DNA of 62,019 bases, counting the filler, from Sluysia triapertura (lineage: Eukaryota), in assembly GCA_046118255.1 (NCBI GenBank). It is 4 parts of 4 records of this genome, joined end to end, with 100 filler letters (N's around TTAATTAATTAA, not from the genome) between each part and the next. Parts side by side here need not be neighbours in the genome. Positions count along the whole stretch, not along the records: positions 27,935 to 47,010 come from JBJNIA010098660.1; positions 47,111 to 62,019 come from JBJNIA010244321.1; 2 more parts are not named here. One strand, given 5' to 3'. Positions 42,011-53,943 of the stretch are shown piece by piece (the first letter of the stretch is position 1; every line of letters begins with the position of its first letter). Under the pieces are notes generated by a model that worked only from the letters and a program-made list of their open reading frames with translations, ran no database searches and was not told the DNA's origin. Made by a program: the position numbers and the translations under genes.

Positions 42011-44373
42011 CTAATGCAATTTATAAATTTAAGTATTCCAAATAAAACAACTTAAATTACTCTATCTTCAAATATAAAATATAATTAGTACTTAGCAGAG
42101 TTTATAATACACTAATAATTTATTATTTAAACAAACAAGATAGCAATATTAACCAAAACTTTTCAATTATAATAAATGAAGATAAAAAAAGGAATATTTT
42201 TAAAAGTATTTAGTAATTAATAGGTAATCTTAAATTTTTTAGAATTTTACTACATTTATAGAAGAGAAATAAACTTCATCAAATTCAATTTTGAAATTAT
42301 GATTTTACAAAGAGATAATTTTATACTTTTCTTAACTTATCTTATTGAACTTTTATGTTACCATTTAAAACTAATTAATAGTTCTACTCACATTTATTCT
42401 AGAATGTATTTAATGTATTAAAGTTTTTAAAACTTGCACATTTTATATGTGCTTTAAAATTGTTGAATTATGTAAAGCCTAAATGAAAAATAAAATATGG
42501 TTGTTCTAAAATGGCTGCTTCTGATGAGTATCTAAGCCTTTAATAAAAATTCCTAATAAAAACTGTTGTGGTTACTTCGTTAAATATCAACAATTATACA
42601 AAGAATATATGTCAAGGGTAATTTATGATTTATATCTTACAAAAGACACAAATTATGGGATTTAGTCAATTATCTACGAAAAGTTTTCCTTAATACTTAT
42701 AATATATCAAACAATTTGCTACAGATGCGTTTTGTCGATCTTTAAGTTATTAATTCTTTTACATTAGGAGTAGATTATTTTTTTCTACGATTTTATTATA
42801 ATCTTAATCGTTAAATTTTTTAACACAGAAAGTATTCTCTTAATGTCAATTTTTCTAGGCTATTATCTTTATACAAGACAAGAAATTAATGATAAAAATT
42901 TATTCAATATTAATAAAACCAAATAATACAAAATTAGATAAATGCATTATATTGAATTATAATGATTAAAATTCAATTTGATATTTTAAAATTAAGGTTG
43001 ATCCAGGTGAATACTTGGATTTCGAAAATTGTAATGATTTTACAATTATAGCGTAAACTTAATACAAATGAACTTACGAATTCATGGAGCACATCAGGAT
43101 TAAAAGAATTGATTAGATTGAGATATCCTTGCCTGTCGGTTAAATTCTACTGATTCTTTTTAAAATAGCAATTGTAAAATCTGGAACAAATGTGTGCGAA
43201 TAGTCGTAATATTCCAAATAATCAACGATGAAAATTGTCGTATACCTTGTAAATTCGTACGTTAAAAAATTATAAAAAAATTTCGTTCTGGTACACTTTT
43301 GCTTAGAATTTTGTTACTTTTATAGTCTAGTTTTTTATAATGTAATAATCAAATGAATTCACCTTTATTTTATTTTAAATCGTTGTTTTATTATTTTTAA
43401 GTAATTAAACAATAATTTCATCCATAAATATGCTCATAAAAATTATCAGAATAACATTAAAAAGTTTAAACTTATTAATTATTCAACATTTGCAAATCAA
43501 TATTTGAATATTCCAAAATAATTTACAATTTAAAAATTTACAAAAACTAAATTAAAATATTAATATTAAAATATTTTTATATTAAACGATAAAATATAAA
43601 ATAAATTTAGAGTTTTACAAATATAAAATAAATTGATTTACATTTTTAAAAAAACTCTAGATAAAATCACTTGACAAATTATTATAAATTAGTATTGAGA
43701 CTTTTCTGAAACTCTGCTAAGAAATAAAATAAAAACGAATATGAATATGTTTGATTATATCAGAATAAATATTGCATAATCACGGTTATCATAATTTACA
43801 AATTAAGGATCGCAAAATAATAAAAAGAATTAATATCATGTTGCGATCCCCAATTATTTATACGAAAATTCTTCATATAAATACATGTATACACAACAGT
43901 ACTACGGGATTTCCCGTTTAAATAGTAGGTTTTTCAAACCTATAACATTCATATATAAATCTAATGACACTTCTGTTAAGCACATCTTACAGCTACATTA
44001 ACTAAAAATAATAACGTTGTGGTTGTTTTAAATTACACAAATTATATTTTTAATTTCGATCAACTTCATAAAAATTACAATAGCACATCAGAAAGGTTTT
44101 ATACATCAAGAAAAATGGTAAGAAGACGTGATATGAATCAGTGATTATTGCTATTTCTGGTTAACAATGATTATGCCCCTCATAATATTTACAAAATTGA
44201 AGGTAGAACTGATATCGTTATTGTTATTATTCACTCCTAGCGTATGTTGGTCAGAAAAGGCATTTTTCTACCTTTTAAAATTATTAACAATAATTTAATA
44301 ATTAAATTAGACTGAAATGTCTTATAATTATTATAATTAATTTTTTATTATTAGTCATTCTTTATTCACAATG

Positions 44374-44537
44374 AATGCCTAATGTGCCATTTAGAATAAT
44401 GATAGTATAATTGACTATAATAAAATAAAATTGTTAGATGGGGCTGTTAGTTTAGTGGTCAGAGCATCGAACTGCATAGCTTTGAGGTAAGATGATCGGG
44501 TTCGAATACTGGTTAGTCCATTTAATGAATTTTAACA
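44374..44537 (+). mobile_element. 5'-truncated tRNA-containing LTR (insert subfamily)
   Basis: tgttagatggggctgttagtttagtggtcagagcatcgaactgcatagct...gggttcgaatactggttagtcca...taaca. Confidence 0.8.
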
Positions 44538-45260
44538 CAATATATTCTTAATATTCACAGAATAAATACATATTGTCAGTTGCTCATCTGAATGTTTGAT
44601 GAGCAAACAAATTATGTTAATTCAATTGAAATGATAGAACTAGAAATAGAGTTCACAGAAATGAAATGAAGTTAAACATTTAGCAACTATCAAACCAGAA
44701 ACATGACATGTAACAAATGGAGCTGTACTGAAGATATTAATTATACAGCAAGAGTAACAATCTTTGGTTAGATTATTATGAAACCCGAACAATTAAAACA
44801 ATGGAAAAGGCTTTCTGAGATGTAAACATTACTGAACAAAATAATAAAGTAATTTACTCTTTATGTATCCAGAATTTAACTAATTGTGATATTTTTTTAT
44901 TTCAGGATCATGACAACCAGTGATTTTGCCATTATGTATACAAAATGGGCTACGCCTTTTATCAAATGTATTTGTAACTTAAACCTTAGCATTTTAGTAA
45001 ACAAATGTTTTCACATGTTTTTAAATTCTCTTGAAGTTTTCAAAATTACGAATATTTTATAAAATAAAATTGGAATTATCAAATAAAAAGATTAAAATGA
45101 TATTTGTGATAAACATAAATTTAAATAATAATAGTCCTATGATCAACTTCAATAATCAATACCGACAAGAGTGTCTTTCTCAAAGCTAACTTAAGAATGG
45201 ATAAAAATCAATATATTTTAAAAATAAATTGAGTAAGGTGTCTCCCACAAAAATAACTTA

Positions 45261-45419
45261 TGTTAGACTTCGTAAAATGGACTGACCGGTGATCGAACCC
45301 GGGACCTTCGATGCGCAGTGCGAATACTCTACCACTGAGCTATCAGCCCCGTCTAACAAATTCATTTTCAATGTATTCAATTATACTACTTGGCACTTTT
45401 TAGGCCTTTTACCCCAACA
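45261..45419 (-). mobile_element. Solo tRNA-containing LTR, 4-bp TSD CTTA
   Basis: ctta-TGTTAGAC...CCCCAACA-ctta, 159 bp. It is a close reverse complement of 54593-54750. Confidence 0.9.
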
Positions 45420-47010
45420 CTTAAAATTGTCCTTTCTGTACAATAAAATTAATAAAAATTACGTTGAACATGAATCGTGGCTCTATTGTTTGTGTTGTGC
45501 ATTAAAATTTTTAAGTTTTTCATTTTATACTTTCTCATCATCCATTCAATCCTAAGTTTCACAATCAAACACTTTCTCATACAAATCATCAAAACCTCTT
45601 TGAGAATAAGACTGACAATGAATTTGTAAAATAAAATCTATGTTCTAACAAACTTCATTAGGTACAAAACACAAAAATTTGATTTATTGTTAATTGAAAA
45701 TAACAATCAACAATACTGTTAACATACATAAAAATAATGAATTTAATTTCACTTTTTAGAATTTAATTGATTTTCGATTTTTCATACCCAATTTCCTTAT
45801 GGAAAATGTTAAAGGTTCTTATTTTCAAACAAACCATTCTACAAACATTTCAAACTCATTTCTAGATTCTCCTCTTTCATAGCAATTATCTCATATTCAA
45901 TTCATTATATTTGTATCATTCTAAGTATAAAAAAACTCAACATTTCATAATTAAGAATTAATTAAAATTTGTCTTTCCTCAATATTAAAGCTTTCCTTAA
46001 ATGAACTCGGGCAAAGCATATCTTTTCAAAACAAATACACACAAAGTTTTACATTTAACATAGCATTCCGCATTCAAAAGTTATTCACAAAAACGTACTT
46101 TTTAAGTAAAATTTTAATTAATTAATCTAATTTTAGACAAAATCTTATTATATATGCAAGTATTTTCTTTGAAAGAACTTAATCTACTTACAAAATATCC
46201 GATGAGTCGGTTTATACTGTAATTGGACATGTGCTATGAGGATTTTTATAACCTGTACTTAACTTAAAAATTTACTTACACCTTACTGTGTATGACAAAA
46301 TTATTTAATTCGCTTATAAGTCTTTGATTAATTTATATTACAACCCTTTACAAATTAATTTAATTTACGCAACCCGTATTAAGGTGTTGCTTTAGAAAAT
46401 AATATTTTAGCAAATTTTAATACTAATATAATTCTTATCAAGTAATAAATTAATAAAACTTAAAGTCTATTAAACACACGACAAAAACATGAATTACAAA
46501 AATTGGACTATAATATAAATAATTAAGTTAGTAAAAATTCAACCTTAGTTGGTTTTGTGTGATTTTACAGTTGGTTACGCAAGCCGTATTAAGGTCTTGC
46601 ACGAAAAAATAAAATGATTTTTAGTGTATTTTAAGTTTCCTATATTATAGTGAAACTGAAAACTTATAAAATAATTAATTACTTGTTCAACATGGAATCT
46701 GATAAAAATTCTTCTTTAAAATTTTCAAATCTTTAAATCAAAAAACTTCAAATCTTTTTCCTAAAATCAAAAATTTGGTTGTCTGCTATCTAAATGTTCA
46801 TTCTGAAAATTTTATAAAAAGCTTACCTATTTATAGAAATATTTTTGCAATATGACTTCTAATAAAGATTTTTAAAATAAACAAAATATTTTCTAAAATT
46901 TAAACAAATGAATTTTTTACTACTTTAAAATTATTAATTATTAATTTTAATTTTGTTATTAAAATTATAAATTATTATTTAATATAACTATTTAATATAT
47001 TAAAATAACT

Positions 47011-47110
47011 NNNNNNNNNNNNNNNNNNNNNNNNNNNNNNNNNNNNNNNNNNNNTTAATTAATTAANNNNNNNNNNNNNNNNNNNNNNNNNNNNNNNNNN
47101 NNNNNNNNNN
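47011..47110. other. Artificial contig linker
   Basis: Same N-TTAATTAATTAA-N structure as 14750-14849. Confidence 0.95.
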
Positions 47111-49150
47111 TAATCAACCATTTAAGGAAATAGTTAAAAAATTAAAGGATATCGAAAGGTCTCGGAACAAAAGAAAAAGATAATGTAAGTTATGAAAGTA
47201 ATAGTAATTTTAAGGATAAAAACTTTGAATATAATTCAAAGAGCGAATCTCCTAATATAAGTTTAAGAATTCTTTTGAGAATAATAATTTTAATACGAAG
47301 AAAAATAAATTTCGAGGAAACAATATGAAAAACTCAAATAACTTCATTCCAAGAAGCAATTATCGAAATCCAGGAAGAAATACGACAGGATTTGAAAGAA
47401 GTTATTCAAATAATATTGGCTCAAGAGAATATGAACAACGTCCGTTACCTAGATTGCCGAATAATAAACAAAATGATAACCTTTTCGAAAGGATCAAGAT
47501 CAAGTTATAATAACATGAACTACAAGACAATGGCCAATAAAGGAGAATTAGTGACATAGTGGTAAACAAGGACACTGTGCTTGGAATAGTAAACAATTAA
47601 AACCCGAAACTAATCAAGAATTGAATAAAATCAACAAAATTCTCCAAAAAGGATGAAATTTGATAAAGGTAATAACAAGGGACAAATAAATTGCTATTAT
47701 GATGAAGAATACGTAGATTATAGATATGAAAAATATCCAAGAAGATTAACAGAAGAAGAGGAAGAAATGTTACAAGAATGCCATAGAACAAAATTAGAGA
47801 GTATCGATATTAATGAAGAAAGCGAACCAAGAAGAAACAGGAAGATGAAGATGAAACATTTATTAATTATCTACACGAATATTTTATGAAACTTTTAAAG
47901 AAAAAGAGGAATGAATTAATAGAGAAACAACAGAGAATAACCAAAAGTGCCCAAGAAATGGAAGAAGAAAAGAAAAATGTTGAAGCAATTATAAAAAGAT
48001 GGGATAAAGATAATATAGTAAATGAAGAAGAGGAAAAGGAATTGATACTATCCAAATGTTCAAGAAAAGTCAATTAATGATATATTTTCGGATTTAGAAC
48101 CAATAATCATTTCAGGTAACGAAAATTTAAAGCCGATAATTGTTTCAAGTAATGAAGATAATTTAAATAGAGAAGAATTAAATACTCCAGAGCCAAAACT
48201 AAATGAAGATATAAAAACGTTTCTTGCAGATTTAAAAGAAGATAAAATCATTGATAAAAATTTAAGTAAAATTCTCGTTTTGGATTTAGGCATGTTTAAT
48301 GTACAAAGCATTAAACCAAGTTTAGTTTTATTAAGTCAAGCAAGCAATCATCATCAGTACAAATCAATAAAATTATTACAAAAATTGCATCAATCGAAAG
48401 AGTAACAGATCCAAAAAGTTAATGAAGATTAATATATCATTAAATGGACTTATCAATATTTTTATGGAATTACTAGTGATTACATTATTCCAGATTTTGA
48501 AATCATTAAAATGAATATTTGATGTAGAATTATATTTTAATAATAGATATCTGATACCACAGACTTCTTTAATGATTTCGGTTATCATTTAGGAAATTAT
48601 GAAGAAATTGTAAAAGCTATTACTACATGTAAAACTTCCGAATGTGATAATAATTGGCTAGAAAATATGTCTGATGATAAAGTCAATGACTCCCCCATTC
48701 ATTTCTGAGGCAATTAATAGATGAAAATGGCATTGAAAGTACAAAAAATAATGATATGATAGAGAAACCTGATTATACGGTGGATATAAGAGCAATCCAC
48801 ATATTGAAACTAGTGACAAGGAAACAAATACTATCAAATGATGTCCTGGTCGCCCAAGAAGGTATTATATTAATACACCTACTCAGACTCAGGAATTCTA
48901 TAGATTTAACCAAAATTATAGATGAAAATGAAGAAGATCAAATTGAATTTGATACTAAAGGCGTAATTTATGCGTTACTATCCAATAAGTTTACTAATTT
49001 TGATAAGTATAAGAAATTACTACCTAGGTTAAAAGATTACAAGAACTCCGCAGTAAAATTAATGAATCAATTAGAAGAAAAGTATAAGGATAAGGATGTT
49101 GGTGATTTCATAGAGAATGGACAATATAAATTAATTGTAAACAAGTAGGT
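47111..49150 (+). pseudogene. Disrupted K/E/N-rich coding-like tract, probably a decayed retroelement ORF
   Basis: A chain of overlapping + strand ORF fragments with strong purine bias and no splice pattern. Family not recognised. Confidence 0.4.
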
Positions 49151-49264
49151 TATTAAAGGAATAAATAAGGCATATATACTATATGCCTTAAACATAAATG
49201 TAGCACATACTATATTTCAATATCATAAGAAGTTTTAATCACTAACCATAATGTTATAAAAATT

Positions 49265-49550
49265 ATGGATTCTTGTTATTACGGAGCTAAACAATTTGCA
49301 AGCGAGATTAGATTAGTTTTCGTGCCTGCTTTTTTAATTTATGAAATCAAAAAATTTCAATCAAGTCCGGATAATTATAAACCCCAAGTTAGCTATGTTA
49401 TTCCTTTCAAAACACGTCAAGACGATCGCTCAACTCTACAGTCTGATGATCTGACGTCCGATGATACAAAAGTAATTTTAGCTTATTATTTAACTGACGA
49501 ATTAATTTTATGTAATTATTTATTTAGAATATCGGCATAACAATCACAAG
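49265..49550 (+). CDS. Possible upstream exons (49265-49471, 49528-49550), phase-compatible with the EndoU exon at 53944
   Basis: A GT-AG 56-nt intron and a 23-nt exon ending AG|GT would join as ...ITR|INDSSGFEH. Similarity to the EndoU N-terminus is weak (PDNYKPQV only). Confidence 0.3.
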
Positions 49551-50755
49551 GTATATTCGAAAGATACTTAACATTAACCTTAAAAATTTTGATTTTTGCA
49601 TTTTTTGTAGAAATAGATCATTGTGTTGTTTACCTTTCTTTTATAATCAATCTAAATTATATTACTCAACTAGAGTTGTAATAAAGTTTAATTGTTATTT
49701 TAACTCTCACATAATAATTTTTAATAAAATAATTAAAATTTTAATTGTCACAATTGTAATTTTTAACCTTAATAACATTAAAATATTACAATCGAAACAA
49801 TGATGATCTTCAAATAGAAGAAATAATTAAAAAGAAAATATGTAAAGAATGCAACAAAAAACACTATACGAAACACTATTGTGATGTCTAATAAAGAAGA
49901 GTAGGGACCAATATTAATATCAAATGGATTAATAATACAATGTGGAAAATATATTATAGAAACAAATTATCAAGGTATTTACTTATCAGAAAAAATAATC
50001 TTACAAAGGTAGTCGATTCCAAAATTGAATGCTTATTTCAACAATGAAATAGATTGATTGATTAAAATCCCATAAAACAGGTTTGAGTGTAACAACAATA
50101 ATAGAATCAAATATTATATATTTTAGTATGATGACGCTTGTAGTATGGTAATAATTGAGATTATTATAAGAATATGAAATTATTAGAAGAATTATTATTA
50201 CAATGGAAATTATGATGACAACTGTATTTTATAACTGTACATTATGATTGTGTGTTTTATATGATCAGATAACTTGTTTAGTGTTTTGTTTGTGATGGCT
50301 TGCGTATGTGTTTGTGTGGCGTTCACTACAATGAAGTTACGTACATGTTCAAACAAGAATATTTAAGTAAATTGAAGTAGCAAGATTCTGCAATGAATAT
50401 CAGTTAAGCAAATCCGAACAAATATTTAAAGAGGAAGTATACAAACTTAAGTTAAAATAACTCGAGTGTATTGAACATAAATATAAATGTAAACTTTAGG
50501 TTTATCACTATTTCTTACATTTTATGATATCTTGTAAAAAATGAAAAAATAATTCAAATTTTTGGTATGTTTCCTTAAAGTGTTTAGATCACTTCGATTT
50601 ACTGCATCAAATTAAATTATAGCGCCTTAGGAAATTATATTAAAATTGTTTTTCGAATTAATCCAAAACAAGACATTCAGAGCCTTAGAAGTTGAAATAA
50701 AACCTAACCTTAAATTTAATGTTTCATTAAAATTGAAGTTTAAGATAGTATTGAT

Positions 50756-51571
50756 ACTAGTGAAGGTGAACAATTTCGTAAAATTGCGCAATGCACATTA
50801 GTCTTAATACAAAATCTTAATTACAAATATTCTGAATTAGAAGCATTAAGAGACCTTTGGGTAATCCAATAATAAGTTTCAGTTATTAAAACACATAATT
50901 CTTAATTTCAATGTGCTACAATATCTGACTAAAAGCATTTCTCAATTTCTGAATTTTTTCTCATTCGAGTATCTTTTCTTGTACATTAACTTTTAAAACA
51001 AATATAACAAGAAAAAGAGAAATTTTCTGAAATTTAATTTTAAAACAGTCGACGATTTTTAACTGTATTTAAAAGTTTGTTTTACAAGAAATCTCAAAAT
51101 AATTTGAAGGTGTACTTAAAATATTTTCTAATTTGAAGCAATCTAAAGAAATTCGATATTGTTTTTCGAGTCTTCGTCCATATCAGCATTTTTACATTAG
51201 TTTATATATTATATAAGTTGCGTCTATTTAGGTTAAGCTTAAAAAGAACTAAAAATAATATACATTTTTTTAGACAATTTAATATATTGCCCCTAAAATC
51301 ATTGAAATAAGATAAGTTAATTTTTAGTATTAAGTTTAATATTTAAGTAATCGTTTTGTCATTTTTTTATCGTTTTTATACACATTGTATTTTAATGGCT
51401 GGCTGAGTCGTTATTTTTGTTCTTTATATATATATATTTTATGCACTAATTCGTTTTTATAAAAAAATTAACTGTTAATTGTTTATATTTGTTGATATTC
51501 GAGTTTTTATTAATTAATGATTTGCAACATATTAACATTTGTTTTAAGTTTGCCGACTCACCTTCACTAGT
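50756..51571. mobile_element. Non-autonomous DNA transposon with a 14-bp perfect terminal inverted repeat
   Basis: ACTAGTGAAGGTGA (50756-50769) and TCACCTTCACTAGT (51558-51571). The TSD is unclear. Confidence 0.6.
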
Positions 51572-52341
51572 TGTAGCTTGTGGGCATTGATCAAATAATA
51601 TTCGTATTTATAATTGCAAAAACCTACAAGATTGCCTACCACTAAGATCATAAGTCATCAAGTGTGGGCGAATCTATTAAATTATTTTTGAAATAATAAG
51701 TAGTACTTTAGCATGAAGCATTCGCAAAATGAATTATAGTATAGCCAAAAGAAAGAAAATTAATTTATGTAAATAATAATGCATATATTAAAATAATTTA
51801 ACTGTAACAGAAATTGATATTAACCGTAAAATAGTTATAGAATAGAATCAAAAATTAATTGGATATAATATAATATTGATAAAAAATAATCTAAATTAAA
51901 AATTCAATGTCCCTTTAATTATGTTATTCGTTGATTATAGCATTGAATTTCCTTTTTTCGTGCATGAGTTGTTGTCCTGATCACAGGGACTTAAATATTA
52001 AAATCAATAATTAAAATGTACAATCCATACTCTTATCAGAGACAAGTTGAAAACTAACTCCAACGAATATAATTAATAAACTATCTTTAGTAAAAGGAAG
52101 TTTTTCTACAAAGTAAAACAAAATGATCTTCAAAACAATCACTACAAAATAAAATATATTTACAATAATCACTACACATCCATAAGAAATTAACATAACC
52201 TAGAGTTGTAAATTTAATAAACAAATATTTAATTACGATAAATTTAAAAGAAGATATTAATTAATGTTAATAGGTAATATTAAAAATAAGTTTTCATTTT
52301 TAAAAAAAATATATTTTAAATATAAATTTAATTAGCATTTA

Positions 52342-53888
52342 CAAGGTAACCAAGCGAGTACGCAATCGTTAATTTTAGAATATAAGAAAAATGAAAATAC
52401 CGAAGAAAAATTTTTGGAGTACCTTCATATAAATACTACGAAGTAAAATTATATCGCATAAGTTCAAATTTCGAATCAATCGATAGAACTTGATTAATAC
52501 ATGAAACTTTTTTTATAAAACTAATGGCGTAAAATGAATAGAAAACAAGTTAATCAACAAATTCATTGAAAATCAATAAAGTAGGTTCTCATTGTGTTTT
52601 CCTTCACTTCCAATAATTTGTCTGAGTCGATCTTCAAATGACTTGGTAGTACTTTCACGAATTTCCGGTTGAATTTCCTTGATATTCTGCTCAATTCGTT
52701 CATATAATTAATTGACGTTTTGTAGATCTTTCTGAAGAAGAAATCACAGGGATTGATGTCGGGAGAATATTGAGACCAAGTGATACCTTTTCCATTGAAT
52801 TTCTCACCACTCGATTGTCAAAGTATTCGTTCAGCAAACGAAAACCTCCTAGTACTCGATGAGGTTGGGCTCCATCATGCTTGAACCAAAAACTGCAAAT
52901 GAAGTGAGGGGTATGACTTGGTCATGTAGAATCTTCCAATAAATGTGGGGCCAGTAGGCATTTTTGCTGATAAGGCACACCAGACAGTTACTCTTTTAGG
53001 ATGCTCTATCCACAAATTCTCTATTTCTATTTATTTACAAATCTTTCTAGTTAGAAGTGCTCTTCGTCGTAAACAGAATCTTTTAAAATCAATTTCTCTT
53101 TCCTTCATCGTTATCATTCTGTTGGCTGATTCCAAACGCCTGTTCGATGATTGTTGACTGATTGGCTGGTTTACCTGTATCTTGTAAGGAGATAACAATA
53201 AATCCAAAGACAGTTCGTTGAAGCGATCATCTCGTAAGTCCTAGTTTCTGTGATGCCTTTCGTGTTGAAGTGAATGGATTGTGACGGACGAATTCACTGA
53301 CTTTCCTGATGTTTTATTAAGTCCTGTTAGTCATTTCCGCTGATTTCATTTACTTAATATCATCTAAGACACATCCGGTTTCACAAAACTTGTGGGTTCT
53401 AAATTAAATTAACAAGTTTACCTACCTTTTAACAGTAGAAGAACTCAATATATGCGTTTTTTCAAATGTTTTCATGTTGTTTCTTGTTATATTAAAACCA
53501 TGAAAACGCTACATATAACACTGTATTGTTTCATTGTAACACTTTTTAAAGGAAAACTGAGAGATATAGATGCGTTCAGATTTAATGACAAAAGTAAAAT
53601 ATAAACAAAATTTCGACGAAGGGCAAATACACAAATTAAAACTTTTTTCTAACATTTCAAAAAAATTTGTTTTCTATTCGACTTTAATCATTAGTTTTAT
53701 AAAATAGTTTTATGTAGTAATCAAGCTCTTTCGATTGACACATAATTTGACTCTAAATTTGAACTTCGGCAATAAAATTTTGTTGGGAAATTATTTTCGA
53801 AAAGTTTTTTCTTCGGTATTTTTGCCTTATATTCAGAACTTAAGCTTTTTGCAGAAATTAGCAATTGGTTACCCGCTGGGCCAACTTG
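52342..53888 (-). mobile_element. Tc1/mariner-superfamily element with ~200-bp TIRs, TA target sites and a decayed transposase
   Basis: 52342-~52530 is inverted relative to ~53690-53888, with TA on both flanks. The minus strand reads WFKHDGAQPHR..WSQYSPDINPCDFF..FEDRLRQII. Confidence 0.85.
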
Positions 53889-53943
53889 TATATTGTATTC
53901 AAGATTAACTACAATTTTATGATAAATGAATATATTAATTTAG

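Noticed and set aside
42520-42560. Hammerhead ribozyme core (CTGATGA)
   Set aside because: No correctly placed GAAA or supporting stems were found.
46366-46600. 25-bp direct repeat tacgcaa.ccgtattaaggt.ttgc
   Set aside because: Probably a transposon subterminal repeat; no boundaries could be supported.
14750-47110. Palindromic TTAATTAATTAA within N runs as a biological motif
   Set aside because: It is an identical 100-nt six-frame-stop linker occurring three times, so it is an assembly artefact.
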